Positions 9,371-18,817 of a DNA stretch of 40,810 nucleotides are shown here, piece after piece (position 1 is the first letter of the stretch; each line of letters begins with the position of its first letter). A program made the translations under genes and the position numbers. Source of the stretch: a virus; the UHGV virus genome UHGV-0204427, one strand, 5' to 3'. The notes below the pieces were generated by a model. It had not been told where the DNA came from, made no database searches, and saw only the letters and a list, made by a program, of their open reading frames with translations.

Positions 9371-9685
9371 ATGTTGATTAACGGTAAGGAAGTCAATTTT
9401 AAGATAAGTAATTTGAAGCACGCCACAGCAATGAAACAGGCTTTAGAGGAGATGGGAAAAACCGAGGAAGAAATTAAAGCCATAAATAGCAAAGACCTAG
9501 TAAGTGTTTTGACAGCTATGATTTCCATGTTCAGACAGTTCTTCATCACTGCTACAGGAGAAGATATCCTGCAGGACTGCGACGACATGCAGGATGCGAG
9601 GGACGCCTATGAGCTGTTCCTGAGAGAAATAAGTAAGCAGAAAAAGTCTGTACTTGCCCCATACTCTGTTGAGCGCATCGAATAA
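9371..9685 (+). CDS. tail assembly chaperone (gpG-like)
   Basis: 104 aa acidic protein immediately upstream of the Gp15-like gene and the TMP. Confidence 0.5.
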   Translation: MLINGKEVNFKISNLKHATAMKQALEEMGKTEEEIKAINSKDLVSVLTAMISMFRQFFITATGEDILQDCDDMQDARDAYELFLREISKQKKSVLAPYSVERIE

Positions 9686-10339
9686 ATGGTGAACATATTG
9701 CTTGATAGGCTGCCGAAAAGTGTTAACGTTGGCGGGATAGAGTATCCGGTAAACTGGGGCTACCGGGCAATGGTGTTGATAGAGATATGCATGTTTGACA
9801 GTCAGCGCAACGAGGAACAGAGGACGCTGGATGCCCTTAATATTTTTTATCAGCAAAACATCCCTTTGGATTTTTCGGCAGCGCTGGAGCAGCTCTTGTG
9901 GTTTTACCGTTGTGGGAAAACGGAAGAGAAAGCAGAAAACAATAAAAATGGCGCACCTGTGAGGCAGAATAAAAGAAGTTACTGCTTTAACCAGGATGCG
10001 CCCTATATTTACGCTGCGTTTTGGACTCAGTATAGGATTGACTTAAACAATACCAAAAATTATGACCTGCACTGGTGGAAGTTCCACGCTATGTTTGAAT
10101 CATTCGGTGAGGAATTGAAAATTAGTAAAATTATGTACTACCGGATTGCTTCGCTGACTGGTTTATCCAAAGAAAAGAGGAAATTTCTCAATGAAATGAA
10201 GAAACATTACGCACTGAATGAACCAGGGGAGACCGTGGACGGCCGGCTAAAACTGTTAAGACGTAACACGGCTATGAAAGCTTATGTGAGAAAGAGGGCA
10301 TCTGAAGCCTATGTCAATGATGAAAGTAAAGTGCCCTAA
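9686..10339 (+). CDS. tail assembly protein, Bacteriophage Gp15 family (gpT-like position)
   Basis: N-terminus 'LPKSVNVGGIEYPVNWGYRAMVLIEICMFD…ALNIFYQQNIPLDF' resembles the Gp15 family. A TAA stop separates it from the upstream chaperone, so no fusion frameshift was seen. Confidence 0.5.
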   Translation: MVNILLDRLPKSVNVGGIEYPVNWGYRAMVLIEICMFDSQRNEEQRTLDALNIFYQQNIPLDFSAALEQLLWFYRCGKTEEKAENNKNGAPVRQNKRSYCFNQDAPYIYAAFWTQYRIDLNNTKNYDLHWWKFHAMFESFGEELKISKIMYYRIASLTGLSKEKRKFLNEMKKHYALNEPGETVDGRLKLLRRNTAMKAYVRKRASEAYVNDESKVP

Positions 10340-10466
10340 TTGTGGGTATGAGATGCCGGTGTGGTACGGGCCGGATGCGGTGTGCCACGGCCTGCAGCTC
10401 AAATGCAAGAAGTGTAAGAAGGAATTCAAGCCCGAAATAAAGTGGGGCAAACAGATAGAGCAATAG
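10317..10466 (+). CDS. 49-aa zinc-ribbon peptide (CPNC…C…CKKC), Mu Com-like architecture; weak RBS
   Basis: Hand translation gives MMKVKCPNCGYEMPVWYGPDAVCHGLQLKCKKCKKEFKPEIKWGKQIEQ. It fills the otherwise empty 150-nt gap before the TMP. Confidence 0.3.
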   Translation: MMKVKCPNCGYEMPVWYGPDAVCHGLQLKCKKCKKEFKPEIKWGKQIEQ

Positions 10467-10492
10467 TGCCATAGTGCCTGCTTCGAAGTGAG

Positions 10493-13400
10493 GTGGGAAC
10501 TATGGCGGATGGTACCGTCAAAATTGGGACCGAACTTGATGAATCCGGTCTAAAAAAGGGGTTAAGTGGATTAGGAAACTTTGCAAAGCAGGGATTTTCT
10601 GCCATAGGCGGGGCGGCTTCTGCGATGGCAAAAACCTCTCTTGCAGCTATTGGGGCTGTATCAGCGGGAATGGCAGCAGCTGGAACCGCAGCATTGGCTG
10701 TAGGTCAAGAATTCGAGACCAGTTTTGCAAAGGCCAGTACGCTATTTGGGGATGTTAATGTTGATACAGACGGACTAAAGAGAAAGCTGTTAGAGGTTTC
10801 AGACGCTACCGGAATTGCCGCGAATGAGCTTAATGAGAGTTTATATAGCGCTTTATCTGCAGGCATACCGGCCACAGAAGATATGTCTGAGGCCACGGCC
10901 TTTCTGGAATCATCCGCAAAACTGGCAAAAGCCGGCTTTACGGATATGGACACAGCGTTATCCGCCACTGCAAAAACTTTGAACGCGTACGGCCTAGATG
11001 TATCTGAAGCGGACCGGATTAATAAAATTCTTATTCAGACCCAAAACAAAGGTATTACTACCGTGGATGAGCTGGGGGCATCCCTTGCCCAGGTGACTCC
11101 AACGGCGGCGGCATTTGGTGTGAGTTTTGAACAAGTGGGCGCTTCCTTGGCAAATATGACGGCTGCAGGAACCCCGACAGCACAAGCCACCACCCAGTTG
11201 AACAGTCTAATTGCGGAATTAGGCAAGCAAGGGACCATGGGCTCCAAGGCGCTGCAGGAGGCAGCTAAAGGAACCGAATATGCGGGCATGAGCTTTAATC
11301 AGATGATGGCTGCGGGTGTCCCATTGAATAAGGTCCTTGACATGATGCAGAAATCTGCTGATGATTCAGGAAAATCCATGGTTGATCTGTTCAGCTCTAT
11401 TGAGGCTGGCAAGGCCGCGCTTGCATTATCAGGGGAGAATTCGGAGAAGTTCGCCGAGAACCTGGAAGCGATGGGGACCAGCGCCGATGTAGTGACAGAG
11501 GCCTATGACAAGGTATCCAATACGCTGCAGAACAAAGTCGGTAAAATCCAAAATTCTGCAAAGAACCTTGGTATAGACATTTACAACAGTGTTCAGGAGC
11601 CTCTTAGTGGGCTGGCAGACCGTGGTCTGGAGTATATGGACCAGCTGTCACAGGCCCTGTCAGAAGGCGGCCTTGACGCAATGGTTGACGTTGGAGCCAG
11701 TATCATCGCGGATATTGCCCTTGGGATTGCAGGCCAGCTTCCTTCCTTGATTGAGACAGCAACAGGCTTCCTGGTTGGTTTCATCGAAGCAATCAGCGAA
11801 AACCTTCCGATGCTGATGGAGGCAGGCGGACAGATTATTGGAGCATTGGCTTCCGGCATTGCCCAGCTGGCTGGGCAACTTATCCCTATTGGTTGGACCA
11901 TCATAAGCACAATCATCCAGGGTATCGTTTCAAGGGCTCCGCAACTGTATGCACAGGCTGGAAAACTGCTCCAGCAGTTTACGGCAGCAATCAGCACGCA
12001 GCTCCCACAGCTGGTACAGCAGGGGACCGCTGCCCTTGGTCAATTTGTCCAAGGCCTGCTACAAAATATCCCGTCACTGATTTCCAGCGCCGGCGATATC
12101 ATCAGCCAGCTGTATGACGCATTTTTGAGCGCGCTGCCCCAAATCATGGAGGCGGGTATCCAATTACTGGGACAGTTGGCACAAGGTATTTTATCCAATC
12201 TGCCGGAGGCCATCGGGGCTGCAGCTGAAGCACTGATTCAGATTGTAGCAACAATAGCCAGCCACATGCCGGAAATCCTACAAAAAGGAATTGAGCTGCT
12301 AGGAGAACTTGCGGCGGGAATTATACAGGCCATCCCGGGACTAGTCGGTAAGATTCCTGAGGTTATCACATCTGTAAAAGACAAGTTCATGGAATTTGAC
12401 TGGCTGCAGATTGGCAGGGACATCGTAGCGGGAATTGCCAATGGCCTTAAGAATTCCCTTGGAACGATCATAGAAGCGGCAAAGAGCGTGGGTGAGGCTG
12501 CGCTGAATGGACTGAAAGGCCTGCTTGGAATTCATTCGCCGTCCCGTGTGTTCCGGGATGAGGTTGGTAAAAACATCGCCCTTGGTATTGCGGAGGGAAT
12601 CGTAGGCAATAAGAAGTATGCCAAAAAGAGTGCTGAAGATATCGCGGATGCCATGCTGCAGGCAGCCAAAAAACGGTTGGATAATACCAAGGTATATCAG
12701 GATATGAGCCTTGCGGATGAGGCTGCATACTGGGATGCCGTACGTGTCCAGATTAAAGAGGGGACGCAGGCAAGGATTGATGCAGATAAGGAATATCTGC
12801 AGGCCAAGAAAAACCTGGACAATAAAATGGCTGACCTGGAACGAGATTATGCAGATAAGATCGGCCATGTCTATGAGAACCTGCAGAAGAATATCCGTGA
12901 CCTACAGGATACATACCGTGATGAGGTACAGTCCAGGACTAAGGATATCATGCGTTCCATGAATCTCTTTGATGAGTTCACGGCAACAACCGAAAAATCG
13001 ACAGCTGACCTGATTAAGAATCTAAAGAGCCAGGTGAACGGCCTGAATGAGTGGTCTAATAACCTGCAGAAGCTGGAGCGCCGGGGAGTAACCGGTGATA
13101 TGCTGGATGAACTGCGTGACCTTGGCGTAGATGCAGCTGGCGAGATTGCTCTTATGACCAGGATGTCAGATTCAGAATTGAATGAATACATCTCCTTATG
13201 GAAACAGAAGCAAAGAATTGCCAGCAGTGAAGCCCAGACGGAACTGGAGCCACTGCTTAAAAGTACCCAGCAACAGATTATCCGGATGCAGCAGGAGGCT
13301 GCTGCGGAGCTGGAGAAGTACAAGCAGCAGTATGTGGATGCAATGTCTGAAATCGGTGTGGAAATTCAGCAGCCGCTCCAAGAAATCAGGGATACATTGC

Positions 13401-14062
13401 TGTCAACTGTATCGGAAGCTGTAAAGCTTATCGCCGGGACTGTGTCTGGTGAAGCGGATGACCAGGGGAATGTCAGCCAGTTCGCGGAACTTGCGAAGAG
13501 CATACTGGATGCATCATCCTCTCTTCCGGAGGATTTTACCGGACTGGGCGAAGATACGATTGCCGGAATGATACAGGGGCTGGACGGAAAGTCCGGGGAA
13601 CTGTATGCGGCGATGGCGCGAATTATACAAGAGACGATTCAAGCTGCCAAGGAAACCGCAGAAATCCACTCCCCATCCCGTATCATGAGGGACCTGATTG
13701 GCCGTAACATGATTGCAGGTATTGGCGTGGGATTTGATATGGAGGCTGATGACCTAAATGATAAGGCTAGTGGAATCATTGCTGGCGCAGTATCCTCCAT
13801 GCAGAAAGCGAGTGCAAAAAAGTTTGTATCGGAGATGCAGGTCCAGTCCTTTAAAACCACAGTGGGAATGGACAGCACCGCAAACTTACGGTATGCGCCT
13901 GATAAGGGGGAGAGCGACGGGGAAGAACACCGTCCCATTATCCTTGAAAAGGGCAGTATCGAAGTACCGGTGAGCATTGATGGACGCACCGTGGCAAAGG
14001 TCACAGCTCCCTACATGGACACAGAACTGGGAAAAATCAAGGACAAGAAGGATAGAGGCTGA
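10493..14062 (+). CDS. tail tape measure protein (1189 aa; likely start ATG 10502)
   Basis: Size. Gly/Ala-rich helical N-terminus. Coiled-coil centre. Position before Dit/Tal. Internal duplicated 'IHSPSR…RD…G.N…GI' module. Confidence 0.9.
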   Translation: MGTMADGTVKIGTELDESGLKKGLSGLGNFAKQGFSAIGGAASAMAKTSLAAIGAVSAGMAAAGTAALAVGQEFETSFAKASTLFGDVNVDTDGLKRKLLEVSDATGIAANELNESLYSALSAGIPATEDMSEATAFLESSAKLAKAGFTDMDTALSATAKTLNAYGLDVSEADRINKILIQTQNKGITTVDELGASLAQVTPTAAAFGVSFEQVGASLANMTAAGTPTAQATTQLNSLIAELGKQGTMGSKALQEAAKGTEYAGMSFNQMMAAGVPLNKVLDMMQKSADDSGKSMVDLFSSIEAGKAALALSGENSEKFAENLEAMGTSADVVTEAYDKVSNTLQNKVGKIQNSAKNLGIDIYNSVQEPLSGLADRGLEYMDQLSQALSEGGLDAMVDVGASIIADIALGIAGQLPSLIETATGFLVGFIEAISENLPMLMEAGGQIIGALASGIAQLAGQLIPIGWTIISTIIQGIVSRAPQLYAQAGKLLQQFTAAISTQLPQLVQQGTAALGQFVQGLLQNIPSLISSAGDIISQLYDAFLSALPQIMEAGIQLLGQLAQGILSNLPEAIGAAAEALIQIVATIASHMPEILQKGIELLGELAAGIIQAIPGLVGKIPEVITSVKDKFMEFDWLQIGRDIVAGIANGLKNSLGTIIEAAKSVGEAALNGLKGLLGIHSPSRVFRDEVGKNIALGIAEGIVGNKKYAKKSAEDIADAMLQAAKKRLDNTKVYQDMSLADEAAYWDAVRVQIKEGTQARIDADKEYLQAKKNLDNKMADLERDYADKIGHVYENLQKNIRDLQDTYRDEVQSRTKDIMRSMNLFDEFTATTEKSTADLIKNLKSQVNGLNEWSNNLQKLERRGVTGDMLDELRDLGVDAAGEIALMTRMSDSELNEYISLWKQKQRIASSEAQTELEPLLKSTQQQIIRMQQEAAAELEKYKQQYVDAMSEIGVEIQQPLQEIRDTLLSTVSEAVKLIAGTVSGEADDQGNVSQFAELAKSILDASSSLPEDFTGLGEDTIAGMIQGLDGKSGELYAAMARIIQETIQAAKETAEIHSPSRIMRDLIGRNMIAGIGVGFDMEADDLNDKASGIIAGAVSSMQKASAKKFVSEMQVQSFKTTVGMDSTANLRYAPDKGESDGEEHRPIILEKGSIEVPVSIDGRTVAKVTAPYMDTELGKIKDKKDRG

Positions 14063-14066
14063 CAAC

Positions 14067-14768
14067 ATGGAAAATATGGTCAACGTTATATTTGGGAACA
14101 GGAAGTCATATGAGGACTGGGGACTGTTGCTGGAAGGTATGAAAATATCGTTCCCGGAGGCTAAGACAAAAATGGTAGGACTTCCGGGGGCGGACGGTTC
14201 ACTGGACCTGACAGAGATTAATGGACCAGTGAAATATGAAAACAGGAAGGTTGAATTCAAATTCAGCCGGGAATCGGGTTATGAAAACTGGCATAACCTG
14301 TCCAGCGATATTGCATCATACCTGCATGGAAAGCGTCTTAAAGTAGTGGTGGATACGGATCCGCAGTTTTACTATGAGGGCCGGATGACATTAGAGTCCA
14401 CAAAGAATGATGATGTACTCACTTCCATTACCATTGCGGGCACGGTGGACCCATATAAATATGATTTTGACGACGGTACCGAGGACTGGCTGTGGGATAC
14501 GTTTGATTTTGAAAATGGGATTATCCGGGAATACGCAGATATCCCCGTGGATGGGCAGCGTTCCATACTCCTGGTTGGCCGGGATAAATATACGGAGCCG
14601 GTCGTTACATGCAGCGTCCCCATGGTCCTGACCTTTGGCGAGATTACAGTGGACCTGCCCGCGGGTACGACAAAGGTTTATGAACTGCTTTTAGGTCCGG
14701 GAGACCATGAGCTTATTTTCACTGGCATGGGAACAGTCACGGTATCTTACAGGGGAGGAATCCTATGA
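14067..14768 (+). CDS. distal tail protein Dit (Sipho_tail family)
   Basis: 'VIFGNRKSYEDWGLLLEGMKISFPEAKTKMVGLPGADGSLD' is a typical Dit N-terminus. ATG 14067 lies just after the TMP stop (the track ORF starts inside the TMP). Confidence 0.7.
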   Translation: MENMVNVIFGNRKSYEDWGLLLEGMKISFPEAKTKMVGLPGADGSLDLTEINGPVKYENRKVEFKFSRESGYENWHNLSSDIASYLHGKRLKVVVDTDPQFYYEGRMTLESTKNDDVLTSITIAGTVDPYKYDFDDGTEDWLWDTFDFENGIIREYADIPVDGQRSILLVGRDKYTEPVVTCSVPMVLTFGEITVDLPAGTTKVYELLLGPGDHELIFTGMGTVTVSYRGGIL

Positions 14769-16882
14769 CATATAAAATCACAGTCATCACGGATGGAACG
14801 TCCTACCCGTTATATCAGCCAGGAGCGGATGACCTGCAGTTGATAGACCCGGTTATCACATTGGAACTCAATTCGTCTGGGAGTTTGTCATTTGAGGTAC
14901 CGCCAGAACACCCATTTCGCGATAAGATTCAGACCTTATCATCCGAATTCTTTGTATACCAGAACGGGGATGAGATATTCCGCGGTCGCAATACCGGAAG
15001 CGAGGAAGATTATTATAAGACAGGCTCCATTACTTGTGAGGGTGACCTTGCATATCTGCTTGACAGTATCCAGCGGCCTTATGACCATACGGGAAACATG
15101 GATGAATTTTTCCAGCATGTACTAATTATCCACAACGGGCAGGTCGAGGAAAGAAAACAGTTTCAGTGCGGTACCGTCAATGTAACTGATAATACGTCAG
15201 ATGCACAGCGGATAAACGACACCTGCAGTACTACACTGGAATGCCTGAAAGGGCAGCTGGTTGAACCTCATGGGGGCTACCTGAGGACGCGCCTGGGGGA
15301 TAACGGGAAACGGTATCTTGACTATATGACGGATTTCGGGGGATACAATTCCCAACCCATCCGGTTCAGAGAGAACCTGCTGGATATTGGAAAGAAAAAG
15401 GATGCCACGACAATCAGAACCGCGCTTATTCCGTATGGCGCCCAACAGGAAATGACAAATGAGGACGGTACAAGCAGCACAAAGAGGGTGGATATCACAT
15501 CTGTTAACGAGGGTAAGGATTACATTTATGATCAGGAAGCCGTCAGCAGATATGGTTGGATATATGCCAGCGTCACATGGGATGACATCACGGAGCCCTC
15601 TGTGTTGTTGGAAACTGCTAAGGCCTATCTGGAAGATACGGTAAAGCTTCCCGAGACGTTGGAACTTACTGCGGTTGATCTAAGTCTTGTCCAGACGGAT
15701 GTGGCTGCCTTGAAACTTGGATACTGGACCCGCGTCGTCTCAGAGCCACACGGCCTGGAAGGGGAATACCTACTTACTAAAAAAGTCCTGCACCTCACGG
15801 AGCCTGAGAGGGACACAATTGTACTGGGGGGAACGGTTACCAGCATTACTGGGTCCACAAGCAAGGACATGGCCGCAATCAGCCTAAAGGTGCAGGAAAT
15901 ATCCAGAAAGACTACCACGGAACTGGTGGAACGCATAAACAATGCAACAAGGCTTATCACAGGCGGCCTGGGTGGGTATGTGATGATTGGGATGGCTGAT
16001 GACGGTCATCCGGACGAGATTGTGATCATGGATACCCCATCAGTTGATACGGCCAGGAATGTCATCCGGCTGAACAAGAACGGTTTTGGTTTTTCCAGTA
16101 CCGGGTACAACGGCATATTTGAGAATGCATGGACGATAGACGGGCATTTGAATGCTGGATTCATTACAGCTGGCACCATGCTTGCAGACCGGATACGTGG
16201 CGGGATACTGGAGCTTGGTGGGACAGGGCTTGGTAAGGATGGCGTGCTCATAATAAAGAATGCAAACGGTAAAGAAGTTGCCAGGTTTGATAAAAACGGA
16301 GTATCCATTATTGAAGGGACGATAAACATTACATCTGGAAGTATCAATCTTGGAGCGTTTCATGTAACTTCTGGCGGAGTACTGACATTGGATGGTACCA
16401 GTAATAATACGACCGTAGGAGCTAACCTTGTCAATTGTAATACGCTCCGGGTTGCGGACCAAATAATGGCCAGCGGGGCATCGTTTAACATAGGTGGTAT
16501 GTATAGTACGGGCAGTTATGTCCACGGCAGTTTCATGGGTGACTTCCATGGCTCATTCTATGAGACATCGGACCGTAGGAAAAAGAAGCATATAAAGCCG
16601 CTCAAAGAAGGGCAGGCCCTGGCACTGGTGCTGGGACTTAAACCCATATCATTTGTAATGAAGGAAACAGGTGAGCCTATGCTGGGATTTGTAGCGCAGG
16701 ACGTGGAGAAGCTGCAGAAGCAGTTAGGAATCCACCTGCCGCTGGCATCCATGGATGAGGATGGGTATTATTGCATCCCATACATGCATTACATTGCCGT
16801 TTTGACCGGTGCAATCCAGGCCCAGCAGATGCAGATAGACCGTTTAACAAGGGAAAAGAAAGAGGTGATAAACGATGGCTGA
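14765..16882 (+). CDS. tail-associated lysin/Tal (prophage-tail N-domain) with fibre-like extension and C-terminal Peptidase_S74 intramolecular chaperone
   Basis: ATGA overlap with Dit. 705 aa. C-terminal 'SDRRKKKHIKPL…GFVAQDVEKL' matches the autocleaving chaperone motif. Confidence 0.7.
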   Translation: MTYKITVITDGTSYPLYQPGADDLQLIDPVITLELNSSGSLSFEVPPEHPFRDKIQTLSSEFFVYQNGDEIFRGRNTGSEEDYYKTGSITCEGDLAYLLDSIQRPYDHTGNMDEFFQHVLIIHNGQVEERKQFQCGTVNVTDNTSDAQRINDTCSTTLECLKGQLVEPHGGYLRTRLGDNGKRYLDYMTDFGGYNSQPIRFRENLLDIGKKKDATTIRTALIPYGAQQEMTNEDGTSSTKRVDITSVNEGKDYIYDQEAVSRYGWIYASVTWDDITEPSVLLETAKAYLEDTVKLPETLELTAVDLSLVQTDVAALKLGYWTRVVSEPHGLEGEYLLTKKVLHLTEPERDTIVLGGTVTSITGSTSKDMAAISLKVQEISRKTTTELVERINNATRLITGGLGGYVMIGMADDGHPDEIVIMDTPSVDTARNVIRLNKNGFGFSSTGYNGIFENAWTIDGHLNAGFITAGTMLADRIRGGILELGGTGLGKDGVLIIKNANGKEVARFDKNGVSIIEGTINITSGSINLGAFHVTSGGVLTLDGTSNNTTVGANLVNCNTLRVADQIMASGASFNIGGMYSTGSYVHGSFMGDFHGSFYETSDRRKKKHIKPLKEGQALALVLGLKPISFVMKETGEPMLGFVAQDVEKLQKQLGIHLPLASMDEDGYYCIPYMHYIAVLTGAIQAQQMQIDRLTREKKEVINDG

Positions 16883-17795
16883 TATCAGTAAAGAGATTAA
16901 TGACTTCCGGAAGGCCGTGAAAGGCAAGGATGTCCGTGGCAGTATGATTTCGCTGGCAGAGAAGGTCAATGAAGAGGTTGAAACCAATACAGCCCATGTA
17001 GATGAGGCGGTGGACACAGCCAACGGAGCAAGTCAGACAGCTAACCAGACATCAAAGGATGCGCAGAAAGCCATCACAGAAGCCAATATAACCCTACAGG
17101 CCGCCAATGCAGCCAAGGAGTCGGCACAAGAGTCCTCTATGGCTGCGAGTGTATCAGCCGCCGCAGCTGCGGATTCGGAAGGAGCAGCAGGAGAAAGTGC
17201 GGCATCTGCCGCGGCAAGTGCAAAAGCAGCGGAAGATATAGCGGCGGGGTTAGGCGGATTTGACGGGACGGCCACATCCGTCAAGGCAACTGATACGCAG
17301 GGGCTTGTCGTGGCTGCCGGAGCGGACAGTAATGCCCAGGCCCTGCTGGATGCGCTGGCCCATAAGGTTGCACTGGAGCTGGTAAGCAATACTGCCCTTA
17401 CCACGAAATTGGCGGATTATGTAGCAAAGACAGACATCGTGCAGGTGGAGTCCACAGCTACAAATAAGGTCCCATCCAGCGCGTACCTTAAGCAGGTAAA
17501 AGATAGCATAGATAGCAATTTATCTAATGCAAATGCAGATATTAACCCGCTTAAATCCAATTATGTTGATAATATGGATAACAATATCGTTAATAAGGTC
17601 AATATTGTGTTATGGAACTCTGATACTGCAAGCACTCCATTTAAAACAGGGAATACCATCTATGGCAATGGTTTTTGTATTACTTACAGTTCTGGTGACC
17701 AGTGGCTATGCCAGTTAGCTATGGCCGTAGGCGATCCAAACCTGTTTACACGCTATAGACGCGAGGGAGTATGGAGTGGATGGACTACCAAATGA
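16875..17795 (+). CDS. tail fibre / receptor-binding protein with Ala/Ser-rich coiled stalk and distinct C-terminal head
   Basis: Low-complexity 'AAAADSEGAAGESAASAAASAKAAEDIAAG' stalk. Position after Tal. The C-terminal ~90 aa is lower in GC. Confidence 0.5.
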   Translation: MADISKEINDFRKAVKGKDVRGSMISLAEKVNEEVETNTAHVDEAVDTANGASQTANQTSKDAQKAITEANITLQAANAAKESAQESSMAASVSAAAAADSEGAAGESAASAAASAKAAEDIAAGLGGFDGTATSVKATDTQGLVVAAGADSNAQALLDALAHKVALELVSNTALTTKLADYVAKTDIVQVESTATNKVPSSAYLKQVKDSIDSNLSNANADINPLKSNYVDNMDNNIVNKVNIVLWNSDTASTPFKTGNTIYGNGFCITYSSGDQWLCQLAMAVGDPNLFTRYRREGVWSGWTTK

Positions 17796-17842
17796 TTATA
17801 TGATTATATTTGAGTTGAAGAGAAAATAAGGGGGTGTCATGA

Positions 17843-18067
17843 ATGAATACTTTTTTTATAAAGCATCATAAAAAGATTGATGCATATTGCATGACAGCCA
17901 TTTTATATTTTACAATGATCTTAGTTATGATTTCTGTAACCTCTTTTATTAAAAATGAAGGCGTTAGAGTAGCTATAGTGCTTATAGCCCCTATTATTTT
18001 TTCTCGTAAAAGATACAGGGTAAAAATCAATTTATATATACATCGTGTGTTCCGATTGGAAGAATAG
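17843..18067 (+). CDS. small membrane protein (2 TM) in AT-rich island
   Basis: RBS AAGGGGGTG. Hydrophobic 'AILYFTMILVMISV' and 'VAIVLIAPIIF'. Followed by a strong terminator. Confidence 0.45.
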   Translation: MNTFFIKHHKKIDAYCMTAILYFTMILVMISVTSFIKNEGVRVAIVLIAPIIFSRKRYRVKINLYIHRVFRLEE

Positions 18068-18089
18068 AAAAACTATTCTTCTTTTTTTT
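18059..18089 (+). terminator. rho-independent terminator GAAGAATAG-aaaaa-CTATTCTTC + T8
   Basis: Perfect 9-bp stem plus TTTTTTTT. Confidence 0.6.
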
Positions 18090-18217
18090 CTGTATTTTCT
18101 AATTCGTCAATTTGATTAGATTGTCCATTATAGTGAAAAAGTACATCGGAAATCAATTCGGGATTTTTTACATCTAATTCTTTGATGAGAGTTGCTATTT
18201 GTGATAAGAAGAAAATG

Positions 18218-18244
18218 AATCGTAACCTGCAAATCAGGTCTCTA
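18218..18244. repeat. 27-bp direct repeat copy 1 (aatCGTAACCTGCAAATCAGGTCTCTA)
   Basis: Matches 18728-18754 at 24/27 positions. Flanks a ~480-bp AT-rich segment. Confidence 0.6.
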
Positions 18245-18293
18245 TTTTGAATAATATAGGAGCTGTCCTTGAAACAGCAGAAAGAGAGGAATT

Positions 18294-18419
18294 ATGAAAC
18301 CTATAATGATTACAATTAAGGTAGGAAGTTCAGATAAAATAAAAGAAACATTAGAAGTGATTGAGGTAATAAAAAAGAGTCACCCCAATGCTGAGTTTTG
18401 CATTGAGGTGATTGTGTAG
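18294..18419 (+). CDS. 41-aa hypothetical peptide (MKPIMITIKVGSSDKIKETLEVIEVIKKSHPNAEFCIEVIV)
   Basis: RBS AGAGAGGA. Overlaps the terminator hairpin of the convergent minus-strand gene, so may be spurious. Confidence 0.2.
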   Translation: MKPIMITIKVGSSDKIKETLEVIEVIKKSHPNAEFCIEVIV

Positions 18420-18421
18420 AG

Positions 18422-18643
18422 TTACTCTTTCCTTATTTCGATGACACGCAATCCGTCGCCGCGAACGGTATAAGAACCATTTTGCGTTTTCACCCACAAT
18501 GTTTTGCCTGATGGAATATTTTGTGTTAAGAGATTCTCTTCGGATACAGTTATAAGACTACTTGTTCCGTTAAAAGAGATTGATGTAACGTTATTACATT
18601 CCACAAATTTTCCATCGTCATATGTAGCGCAAATATAGTACAT
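18422..18643 (-). CDS. 73-aa hypothetical protein (beta-rich, no signal peptide) inside the direct-repeat-flanked insert
   Basis: Excellent RBS GGAAGGGGGTG 6 nt before ATG (the track start 18652 is GTG with no spacing). Minus-strand terminator hairpin plus T-run downstream at ~18370-18412. Confidence 0.5.
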   Translation of the reverse strand: MYYICATYDDGKFVECNNVTSISFNGTSSLITVSEENLLTQNIPSGKTLWVKTQNGSYTVRGDGLRVIEIRKE

Positions 18644-18727
18644 GATTTTCACCCCCTTCCTACTTGGATTTTACCATAAAGGGGGATAAAAAAACAGAGA
18701 GTAAAAGAATGAGCTTACTATTCCCAA

Positions 18728-18754
18728 AATTGTAACCTACAAATCAGGTCCCTA
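18728..18754. repeat. 27-bp direct repeat copy 2 (aatTGTAACCTACAAATCAGGTCCCTA)
   Basis: See copy 1. Confidence 0.6.
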
Positions 18755-18817
18755 AACCAGGGGCCTATTTTATTGCCTGGCGTCCGGCATGTCCGGCCCG
18801 GCGGAAAGGAAAAATGT

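Noticed and set aside
9371-10339. Expected -1 programmed frameshift fusing the two tail assembly chaperones (G/GT-like)
   Set aside because: The first ORF ends with an in-frame TAA at 9683-9685, immediately followed by ATG 9686. No overlap or slippery heptamer is present, so they read as two separate genes.
16875-17795. Diversity-generating retroelement or hypervariable fibre tip
   Set aside because: No reverse transcriptase gene and no template/variable repeat pair were seen anywhere in the window.
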